Below are positions 56,800 through 64,000 of a stretch of 64,000 nt of DNA, piece by piece (position 1 is the stretch's first letter; each line of letters starts with the position of its first letter). Both the position numbers and the translations under genes were made by a program. The notes under the pieces were generated by a model. It ran no database searches. It had not been told where the DNA came from and worked only from the letters and a program-made list of their open reading frames with translations. Origin of the DNA: a virus (lineage: Duplodnaviria; Heunggongvirae; Uroviricota; Caudoviricetes); the IMG/VR virus record IMGVR_UViG_3300031994_000001, positions 349,022 to 413,021 of that record, one strand, 5' to 3'.

Positions 56800-57490
56800 T
56801 TCGATTACGCCCAATGACGTGGCGAAAATGATGGTGAGCGTTTCGGAGATGGAGTTCAAACTTTATCCGAACACATACGATACGGATGCCCGCATCGCGA
56901 AGATATTGCGTTTGCGCAGTAGCAGGAATATGTACCGTAACGAGATGTTCGCACACATTGACAACTACTACGGCGGTGTGGCGAAATGGTTTGACTTGTT
57001 TAAGAAACGCTTTGGCGATTCCGTTTCGATAGAGGAACACTATGACGAACTCATTAGTAATTTCTCGTCTCCCGAAATCATAGCGTACTACAACATCTAC
57101 CCGAATTTGAGTTACTATTCGTTCAGAGTTATGGACGAAAAGGACGATAGGGATTGCAGGGAAACCAACAAGACTGTTATGTGTCTGCCCGACACTTCGA
57201 TAAAGTCTATGTATATCAACCTCCGTAATCTGTTTCAGCAGGATGTTGTTGACAAAATGAACAAGTATTTCATCGCCAACAATATGCTTGTTGACAATGC
57301 TATGTTCAAAAAGCCTGCCGTTGTTACGGTTGAGGTTGCCGCATTGCTTGACATTTTCGGGGAGTTTGTGGCGCAGTGCAAAGATGAGAAATTCGCGGAT
57401 GTTGTGTATGCGGGTATATCGTTTATTGACATTGACGAACTCGCCCACACGAGGGTTACTCTGCTGACCGATTATCCGAGTTATAAATAG
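56792..57490 (+). CDS. Hypothetical protein
   Basis: 232-aa ORF in operon. Confidence 0.75.
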   Translation: MSNSITPNDVAKMMVSVSEMEFKLYPNTYDTDARIAKILRLRSSRNMYRNEMFAHIDNYYGGVAKWFDLFKKRFGDSVSIEEHYDELISNFSSPEIIAYYNIYPNLSYYSFRVMDEKDDRDCRETNKTVMCLPDTSIKSMYINLRNLFQQDVVDKMNKYFIANNMLVDNAMFKKPAVVTVEVAALLDIFGEFVAQCKDEKFADVVYAGISFIDIDELAHTRVTLLTDYPSYK

Positions 57491-57493
57491 AAT

Positions 57494-57822
57494 CGGAACT
57501 ATCCCTTTTGGTTTTGTAAGAAATCTTGAAAAATATCATATATAAATATATTAAGTGTATGTAGTTATTTGGAGTATTGGTATTGTGGTTTTATACTAAA
57601 TTAAAAAACAAACTGACTTGTATAAGTAAAACCAAGAAAGTCAGATGACATAGGTCAGTAGAATACTTTAAAATCTCGGTGAGGAACACCGAGTACAGTC
57701 GTGGAGTTATGAACAAACCAAGTGGAACACTCAAGTTAACTGATGACTGCTTGGATAACAGTGAAGCGATTATTGAACTTGAAATCTTAATAAATATTAC
57801 AAGATTAAAAGGAATAATTCCG
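57494..57822 (+). mobile_element. 329-bp MITE with IS1595-like TIRs and an 8-bp target duplication
   Basis: Left CGGAACTATCCCTTTT versus right AAAAGGAATAATTCCG (14/16 inverted match); flanks AATAGAAT (57486-57493) and AATAGAGT (57823-57830). Confidence 0.75.
57549..57822 (+). ncRNA. Structured ncRNA copy B (TnpB omegaRNA-like scaffold)
   Basis: TATAAATA at 57541-57548; hairpin CTCGGTG-AGGAA-CACCGAG, then TACAGTCGTGGAG...GTGAAGCGATT; covaries with copy A. Confidence 0.7.
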
Positions 57823-57847
57823 AATAGAGTTTAACATAGCATTGTTT

Positions 57848-58306
57848 ATGAAACTTTTATCCGATTCCATAAGGAACTTGCAGAACAGTCAGCAGCAGAA
57901 GCCCGTCATCAATGATTCACAGACGGAATTGCTGCCCGATATATGTGAATTGCCAAATGGCGAGTACAAGGCTTACTTTTACGCTTGGGTGTTTGAACTT
58001 GCTGACGGCAGGAAATTCAAGACCCATATCGGGGTGAAACACGGAAAGCGTTGTGCAAAGTTGCTCAACTATAAAGTTGAAAACGGCGAGTTTCGGGAGA
58101 TAGAAAAATTCTTCAACGGTTGTGAAAAACACATAACCGAATTGCCTAATGGAACATATAAAGGCAGATGGTTCGCCTATTGCTTCGAATTGGAAAACGG
58201 TGAAAAATACAAGACCGACATAGGATTGCTGCGAAGCAGGGAACTTACGCCTATCGGAACGTACTCTCTTGTTGACGGGGCGTTGACTGAATTGGAAATG
58301 TGCTAA
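57848..58306 (+). CDS. Hypothetical protein with two internal repeats
   Basis: ELPNGEYK...FELADGRKFKTHIG and ELPNGTYK...FELENGEKYKTDIG. Confidence 0.75.
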   Translation: MKLLSDSIRNLQNSQQQKPVINDSQTELLPDICELPNGEYKAYFYAWVFELADGRKFKTHIGVKHGKRCAKLLNYKVENGEFREIEKFFNGCEKHITELPNGTYKGRWFAYCFELENGEKYKTDIGLLRSRELTPIGTYSLVDGALTELEMC

Positions 58307-58308
58307 AA

Positions 58309-58336
58309 GAAAAGGACTGCGGTTGCAGTCCTTTTT
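58309..58336. terminator. Bidirectional terminator
   Basis: AAAAGGACTGC-GGTT-GCAGTCCTTTT. Confidence 0.85.
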
Positions 58337-58337
58337 G

Positions 58338-58730
58338 CTATTGCGCGAGAAGGTCTTTCATTTCCCAATTCGGGAAAGCCTTGTTTATTTTATCTGTTAT
58401 GTCGTCAACTATTTCTTCGGGCTTCATATCGCGCTGCGGGGTGATTTCGTAGATTCCGCAGTTCGCGCAATCCTCGAACCCGTAGTCGGTTATTCTCATC
58501 TTCACAGCGTCTATCGCTTTTGTGATAAATTCATTGTTGTCCGATGTCTTGTTTGGTTGGTCACTGACGATAAGCGTGACGGGAATCGTCATACCGTAAC
58601 TGTTGAACTCGCCCCATTCCGATTTGTCGGGCAGGGCAATGCACCAATATACCTTTTTGCTATCCATTCCGTTGACAACAATGTCTTTGCTTTCGGTGAT
58701 GAAGTTCCCAAAACTTTTCAGATTTTCCAT
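58338..58730 (-). CDS. Putative internal head protein
   Basis: MENLKSFGNFITE leader. Confidence 0.7.
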   Translation of the reverse strand: MENLKSFGNFITESKDIVVNGMDSKKVYWCIALPDKSEWGEFNSYGMTIPVTLIVSDQPNKTSDNNEFITKAIDAVKMRITDYGFEDCANCGIYEITPQRDMKPEEIVDDITDKINKAFPNWEMKDLLAQ

Positions 58731-58731
58731 A

Positions 58732-59145
58732 CTATTCTTGTTCTTTGAGTTTCCAAAACGTGCAGGTCATATCGTATGATGAGAACACATCATCGGTTGT
58801 TCCCGCGCTGTGGCATATCAGTTGACCTTCGACTGTGCCGTATTCTGTTTCGATTGTGAGTTCGTATTTTCTGTAAGCGGGGTGATTGATGTCTGGTGAA
58901 GTTCCCGCGAAGTAGTTGTAGTACACGCCCGCGCTTGAAATGACATCGGTTACACCGCGCACTTTTCGGAGTGCCGCTATGTGGTCGCCAACATTCTGCC
59001 AACCCGTATCGGAGTATTTGTGTTTTGTGAACGGGCTTGAAGCGGTGTAAAGTCTGTTTATGAGCAGGTTCAGTTGGTATGTTTTATCCATTTTGCCCAA
59101 TTCGTTGTTCTCGTTTATTATGTCGCTGTATTTTTTGACTTCCAT
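58732..59145 (-). CDS. Putative internal head protein
   Basis: MEVKKYSDIINE leader (ATG at 59145); TATAAATA at 59161-59168. Confidence 0.7.
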   Translation of the reverse strand: MEVKKYSDIINENNELGKMDKTYQLNLLINRLYTASSPFTKHKYSDTGWQNVGDHIAALRKVRGVTDVISSAGVYYNYFAGTSPDINHPAYRKYELTIETEYGTVEGQLICHSAGTTDDVFSSYDMTCTFWKLKEQE

Positions 59146-59160
59146 ATAGGTGTTTTTCAA

Positions 59161-59184
59161 TATTTATATTGGGTCTTATAAATA
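59161..59184. promoter_or_regulatory. Back-to-back late promoters
   Basis: TATAAATA on minus (59161-59168) and plus (59177-59184). Confidence 0.7.
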
Positions 59185-59201
59185 TTTAAAATTGTGTTTT
59201 A

Positions 59202-60971
59202 ATGGGATTTCTTGATACCTCGAAGGTGAAGGCTATTGATTTGTTGAAGCAGGCGTATCTGTATCTGAACAAGATGTACGGTATGTCCGATTCGGTCTTT
59301 ACTCCGAGTTCACCAACGGGTCAGATACTGTCCGTTGTAGCCAACATTTCGGAGTTGGTTTTCCTTTATCTTGAGCGTGCGGCATCCGAATTGAACATTA
59401 TGCGTGCGCAAACTGTCGAAAGCGTACACGGTCTTTCGAGGCTGACGGGTCACGACCCGTACAGAGGTTCATCGGCATACGGTATGATGAAGATTAAGTT
59501 GAATCCGTCTGCACTGCTTGATTTCAACGGCTCTTATGTGAAAATTCAGAACAACACGGCGTTTGTAATCAAGGAAAACGGCAATCAGTATTTCTTGAAT
59601 ATGGATACCGACTATATAATGCTGCAACAAGATTCCGACCCCGTGAACATAGAGTTCGTGCAGGGTGTCCGTTCTACGCAGACTTTTGTTGCAGATGGAA
59701 CGAAGTTGCAGTCTTACAACGTGAACATAAAAGGGTTGACTGACCACAACAGAATCAGAGTGTTTGTGGACGGTGCGGAATGGAAGAAAGTGGAAAGCCT
59801 TTACGATATGGGTGCTGACGAGGCTTGCTATATGTGCAAGACTTCCGTGAATATGGGTCTTACTGTGTTTTTCGGAAACGGTAATTTCGGAAAGATTCCC
59901 GAAAGCGGAAAGAGCATAGAGGTTGAAACAGTGAACCATCTCGGCGATGCGGGCAACCTCTCTGGCACAGCCCTCAACATAGAGTTCCTTGACGCGGGTT
60001 TCGACAACGATGGCGAGACCATTGACCTCAACAAGTTCCTTTCGGTTATGGTTGAAAAACCGCCTATGATGGGTGCATACGCAGAGCCTTTGGAACTTAC
60101 GAGAATGATTGCCCCTCATCAGAGCAAGAGTTTCGTTCTCGCAAACCCCGACAACTATGTGTCGTATCTTTCAAGGTACAGTCAGTTTAACGTGATTGAC
60201 GCATACAACACAAAGGACGATTCGTATTTGGACGATGACAATGTTATATACTTGCAGATTGTTCCGAACATAAAGGACAAACTTTCCAAGCAGTCCGATT
60301 CGATAGACTATTTCAACCTGCCCGAAAATGAGTTCGTGCTTAACGACTTTGAGAAAGATGCCATAATCCGTGCGCTTGATGACAGCGGCAGGCAACTTGT
60401 TTCTTCGGAGGTTGTCATAAATGATGTGAAAATCAAACGCTACGCTCTTGTGATAGCGGTCAAATATTTCGAGAACAGCGAAAAAATGAAAGTGTGGACG
60501 GCGATACGCTCGAAGTTGAACACATATTTCACCAACATAAACAGAACCGATATGATTCCGAAGTCAGATATCGTTTCTTTGCTTGAAGGCATAGAAGGTA
60601 TTGACAGTGTGAACGCCTATTTCGTTTCGGAGGAAAACGAGGAGGCTATAAGGAACGGTTATTATATTGAAACCTACGATTATATAAACCCCGATACACA
60701 TCTCCACGAGAAAGTGGAAAGACGCATAGACCTCGAACCCGATGAAGACCCGTTGGTCGGTCTTGACAGTTTCGGCGACATTGTTTTGAAAAAAGGCGAA
60801 GTTGCCATAATAAGGGGTGGATGGAAAGACAGAGACAATAACGAGTATAATAGCGAACTTGATATGAACAATCTTTGCGGTCTTACGGTTGTGTTCACAT
60901 CGGCTACGGAGAATACCGTTTTCAATAAAATGCAGCAGGAATCTCTGAACAGACTGCTTAACGGCGGATAG
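59202..60971 (+). CDS. Baseplate wedge subunit, T4 gp6-like
   Basis: SELNIMRAQ..SV..LSRLTGH.P, VFFGNGNFGKIP, APHQSKSFVLANPDNY. Confidence 0.75.
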   Translation: MGFLDTSKVKAIDLLKQAYLYLNKMYGMSDSVFTPSSPTGQILSVVANISELVFLYLERAASELNIMRAQTVESVHGLSRLTGHDPYRGSSAYGMMKIKLNPSALLDFNGSYVKIQNNTAFVIKENGNQYFLNMDTDYIMLQQDSDPVNIEFVQGVRSTQTFVADGTKLQSYNVNIKGLTDHNRIRVFVDGAEWKKVESLYDMGADEACYMCKTSVNMGLTVFFGNGNFGKIPESGKSIEVETVNHLGDAGNLSGTALNIEFLDAGFDNDGETIDLNKFLSVMVEKPPMMGAYAEPLELTRMIAPHQSKSFVLANPDNYVSYLSRYSQFNVIDAYNTKDDSYLDDDNVIYLQIVPNIKDKLSKQSDSIDYFNLPENEFVLNDFEKDAIIRALDDSGRQLVSSEVVINDVKIKRYALVIAVKYFENSEKMKVWTAIRSKLNTYFTNINRTDMIPKSDIVSLLEGIEGIDSVNAYFVSEENEEAIRNGYYIETYDYINPDTHLHEKVERRIDLEPDEDPLVGLDSFGDIVLKKGEVAIIRGGWKDRDNNEYNSELDMNNLCGLTVVFTSATENTVFNKMQQESLNRLLNGG

Positions 60972-61551
60972 TCAGAGACTTTGTGAATCTTTCTTGGGCA
61001 TCGGCTATTGAGCCGTTCTCGAAGTAATCCTCATCGCAATATATCATCTCGTGTATCAGATTGTAGTTCACGCAACGGCAATCTGATATTTTTGTTATGT
61101 CGTACCGCTTTACAGATTCCATTATGTTCACTTTCTTTGAAATCTGCTCTGCGGTGTCCGTTGTGATTTCCTTTATGAAATTCTGTTTGTCCGCGCTGTC
61201 AATGTCGGGGTAGTTGGCGATTTCCTTTTCTATCCTGCGCGAATACAAGTCGTATATGTAGCCGAACACTTGAATCCGTATGTTCAGCGGCAGCACTCGC
61301 ATATCTATTCCGTAAAAGTGTTTCGGGTTCTTTTTTGATTGACCCATAGACATAATGTAGGGGAATGTGTCGTACAAATCATTTCTGTCGGTTGCATATC
61401 GAAAGGCGTATAGTTTCCCAGGCAGAAGCCAAGTCTTGTTTATCGGCATATATTGGATTTTGTCGTAGAACTCCGTTTGGATTCTCTTTTCAGAGCCGTA
61501 ATCCTTCAGCACGTCTCTGACCCTTGATTGGAAATCGTATGTATAATTCAT
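60958..61551 (-). CDS. DNA end protector protein, T4 gp2-like
   Basis: PGKLYAFRY...YDTFPYI...FYGIDMRVLP. Confidence 0.65.
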   Translation of the reverse strand: MNYTYDFQSRVRDVLKDYGSEKRIQTEFYDKIQYMPINKTWLLPGKLYAFRYATDRNDLYDTFPYIMSMGQSKKNPKHFYGIDMRVLPLNIRIQVFGYIYDLYSRRIEKEIANYPDIDSADKQNFIKEITTDTAEQISKKVNIMESVKRYDITKISDCRCVNYNLIHEMIYCDEDYFENGSIADAQERFTKSLTIRR

Positions 61552-61559
61552 ATATATAA

Positions 61560-61943
61560 TTAAAAAGCGTATGAGGTCACAAGATAGTCTTCTATGTATA
61601 TGTCAACCACGCAGCCGAATGAATAATTGTTCGGTCTCTCGAAGAAATTTACCTTGCAGTAGATATTGATGTTCGAGTCGGTTGTTGACTTGACATATTT
61701 TTGGATTTGCAGATTTATTTCGTTCTGTATGTAGTTCGCACTGACATTTGTCTCGAAAATATATTTTTCCAAGTCTATTCCGAAATCGGGCATACACAAA
61801 AGGCTTCCTTTTTCGGTATATAACAGAACTTCCAATTTTTGTATGATATTGATTAGTCTGTCGTGTATTTCCAACGCCTTTTCGGAGTATCTTGGTGACT
61901 CGTCAGATATTGCGAAAATCTCATTTATGTCGTATGTTTCCAT
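61560..61943 (-). CDS. Baseplate wedge protein, gp25/gpW-like
   Basis: LLYTEKGS...PDFGIDLEKYIFE. Confidence 0.8.
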   Translation of the reverse strand: METYDINEIFAISDESPRYSEKALEIHDRLINIIQKLEVLLYTEKGSLLCMPDFGIDLEKYIFETNVSANYIQNEINLQIQKYVKSTTDSNINIYCKVNFFERPNNYSFGCVVDIYIEDYLVTSYAF

Positions 61944-61954
61944 TAGGTGATATG

Positions 61955-61987
61955 TATAAATATAAAGATAAATCTTGATTATTTATA
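61955..61987. promoter_or_regulatory. Opposed late promoters for divergent genes
   Basis: TATAAATA on plus (61955-61962) and minus (61980-61987). Confidence 0.65.
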
Positions 61988-61990
61988 ATT

Positions 61991-64000
61991 ATGACCGATA
62001 AAGAATTACGCGACTTGTACATTTTATACAAAAATAGTGGTGCAACTATCCCTTTTAAAGAATGGATTGAACTCCAAGGCGAATCTGGTGATAATGACAA
62101 CAACAAGCAGGTTGTCATTATCAACGGTGGCGGCGAATGTTGTCCGCCCGCACCTTCCGTAAACGTATGCTGCCCTCCGACAAAGAGAACTGTCGGTAGG
62201 GGTAAACAAGGTATCCAAGGTGTCCAAGGCGTTCAAGGTCTGCAAGGTTTGCAGGGCTTGAAAGGTGAATATGCAGCACAAGGCGTGCAGGGCGTGCAGG
62301 GTTTGCAGGGTCCAGCAGGCGGCGGTGGCGGCGGCGACCAAGGTATCCAAGGTGTCCAAGGTGAGCAGGGTTTGCAAGGCTTGGCAGGTGAACAAGGTTT
62401 GCAAGGCATCCAAGGTATTCAAGGTGCTGAAGGCGAACAAGGTTTGCGCGGTTTCCAAGGTGCAGACGGTACTGACGGAAACCAAGGCGTTCAAGGTATT
62501 CAAGGTGCTGACGGAATCCAAGGTGTTGACGGCAAACAAGGATTCCAAGGTGCTGACGGTAAAGACGGCGAGCAAGGTGTTCAAGGCTTGCAAGGTATAG
62601 GCGGTACTGACGGTGAACAAGGTTTGCAAGGTTTGAAAGGTGAACAAGGTATTCAAGGTCCAGCAGGCGGAGGCGGCGGTGGCGAACAAGGAATACAAGG
62701 TCTCCAAGGTGCGCAAGGTATCCAAGGCAATCAAGGCATTCAAGGTGCAGACGGAATCAAAGGTGCAGACGGAATCCAAGGTGCTGATGGTAAAGACGGC
62801 GAGCAGGGTGTTCAAGGTCTCCAAGGTGCAGACGGAATCCAAGGTGCTGACGGCGAGCAAGGCACACAAGGTTTGCAAGGTGAGCAAGGCTTGCAAGGTT
62901 TTCAAGGAATCCAAGGTATTCAAGGAACTGAAGGCAACCAAGGTACACAAGGTTTGCAAGGTATAGACGGCAAAGACGGTGAGCAAGGCGTTCAAGGTCT
63001 CCAAGGTGCAGACGGAATCCAAGGTGCTGATGGTATTCAAGGTGCTGACGGCAAAGATGGTGAGCAAGGTGTTCAAGGCTTGCAAGGTGCTGACGGTCTC
63101 CAAGGTGCTGACGGTATTCAAGGTGCTGACGGCAAAGACGGCGAGCAAGGTGTTCAAGGATTGCAAGGTGCTGACGGTATTCAAGGTGCAGATGGAATCC
63201 AAGGTGCAGACGGTGAGCAAGGTTTGCAAGGTGCTGACGGTATTCAAGGTGCAGACGGAATACAAGGTGCAGACGGTGAGCAAGGTTTGCAAGGTGCTGA
63301 CGGTAAAGACGGTGAGCAAGGTGTTCAAGGTTTGCAAGGTGCAGATGGAATCCAAGGTGCAGATGGAATCCAAGGTGCAGATGGAATCCAAGGTGCAGAC
63401 GGTATTCAAGGTGCAGATGGAATCCAAGGTGCAGACGGTAAAGATGGTGAGCAAGGTGTTCAAGGCATTCAAGGTGCAGACGGAATACAAGGTGCAGACG
63501 GTGAGCAAGGTTTGCAAGGTGCTGACGGTAAAGACGGCGAGCAAGGTGTTCAAGGCTTGCAAGGTGCTGATGGAATACAAGGTGTTGACGGTGAGCAAGG
63601 TTTGCAAGGTGCTGACGGTATCCAAGGTGCTGATGGCAAAGATGGTGAACAAGGTGTTCAAGGTATAAAGGGTTTAGATGGGGATGACGGTGAGCAGGGT
63701 GTTCAAGGTCTCCAAGGTGTTGGTGGCACACAAGGTGTGCAGGGTGTAGCGGGTGAAGCCGCTTCACAAGGTATTCAAGGTGCAACTGGTGCTGACGGTA
63801 TTCAAGGTGCTGACGGCAAAGATGGTGAGCAAGGTGTTCAAGGCTTGCAAGGTGCTGACGGCAAAGACGGTGAACAAGGTGTTCAAGGTCTCCAAGGTGT
63901 TGACGGTATTCAAGGTGCAGACGGCAAAGACGGAGAGCAAGGTGTTCAAGGTCTTCAAGGTGCTGATGGCATTCAAGGTGCAGACGGCAAAGACGGAGAG
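61991..64000 (+). CDS. Collagen-like fibre protein, partial (runs off the window end)
   Basis: Hand translation MTDKELRDLY...ECCPPAPSVNVCCPP, then G-X-Y triplets (GIQ, GAD, GEQ, GKD); no stop, so absent from the ORF track. Confidence 0.92.
   Translation, partial: MTDKELRDLYILYKNSGATIPFKEWIELQGESGDNDNNKQVVIINGGGECCPPAPSVNVCCPPTKRTVGRGKQGIQGVQGVQGLQGLQGLKGEYAAQGVQGVQGLQGPAGGGGGGDQGIQGVQGEQGLQGLAGEQGLQGIQGIQGAEGEQGLRGFQGADGTDGNQGVQGIQGADGIQGVDGKQGFQGADGKDGEQGVQGLQGIGGTDGEQGLQGLKGEQGIQGPAGGGGGGEQGIQGLQGAQGIQGNQGIQGADGIKGADGIQGADGKDGEQGVQGLQGADGIQGADGEQGTQGLQGEQGLQGFQGIQGIQGTEGNQGTQGLQGIDGKDGEQGVQGLQGADGIQGADGIQGADGKDGEQGVQGLQGADGLQGADGIQGADGKDGEQGVQGLQGADGIQGADGIQGADGEQGLQGADGIQGADGIQGADGEQGLQGADGKDGEQGVQGLQGADGIQGADGIQGADGIQGADGIQGADGIQGADGKDGEQGVQGIQGADGIQGADGEQGLQGADGKDGEQGVQGLQGADGIQGVDGEQGLQGADGIQGADGKDGEQGVQGIKGLDGDDGEQGVQGLQGVGGTQGVQGVAGEAASQGIQGATGADGIQGADGKDGEQGVQGLQGADGKDGEQGVQGLQGVDGIQGADGKDGEQGVQGLQGADGIQGADGKDGE
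62201..64000 (+). repeat. Gly-X-Y coding repeat
   Basis: 9-nt periodic caaggt / gacgg units. Confidence 0.95.

Noticed and set aside
57494-57822. Group I/II intron, or an intact IS200/IS605 element
   Set aside because: Intergenic, too short, bounded by TIRs with a duplication, and no tnpA or tnpB ORF
62024-63976. Long ORFs on the minus strand and in alternative plus frames over the repeat
   Set aside because: Shadows of the collagen Gly-X-Y repeat, whose real frame starts at 61991
1-64000. Stop-codon reassignment as in Lak or some crAss-like phages
   Set aside because: Long conserved genes are intact in the standard code, coding density is high, and TAG/TGA end genes at sensible positions
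62201-64000. CRISPR-like or non-coding tandem array
   Set aside because: 9-nt periodic coding repeat with no unique spacers
1-64000. tRNA or rRNA genes
   Set aside because: No cloverleaf or rRNA signatures recognised in the few intergenic gaps; not machine-checked

Overview
A 64-kb segment of a large (jumbo-type) T4-like myovirus genome in the standard genetic code. The host is probably Bacteroidales, judging from TAnnTTTG promoters and a DpsL-type ferritin. It encodes replication and recombination genes (two topoisomerase II subunits, UvsX/RecA, a gp47-like nuclease, an RNase H-like and an epsilon-like exonuclease, and the N-terminal half of a gp41-like helicase), a DHFR-TS fusion and three DNA methyltransferases. 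It also carries a chaperone/protease set (Hsp20, DnaJ, Clp ATPase, M16 peptidase), a MoxR-metallopeptidase-vWA module, and tail, neck and baseplate genes (tape measure, gp3/gp15/gp14/gp6/gp25-like, gp2-like, collagen-like fibre). Three promoter classes are visible, and a probable replication origin lies near 43 kb. Most notable: (1) two diverged, covarying copies of a structured non-coding RNA resembling a TnpB omegaRNA scaffold, each behind a TATAAATA late promoter and next to an IS1595-like CGGAATTAT end (one copy has both inverted repeats and a 7/8 target-site duplication), with no nuclease in the window; (2) a helicase that ends in a 36-aa atypically split N-intein whose partner lies outside the window; (3) about 15 proteins with T4-style capsid-targeting N-termini, several sharing a second KLxIxP(V/I)xKxRL motif. 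All functional calls come from reading motifs by eye, not from database searches.
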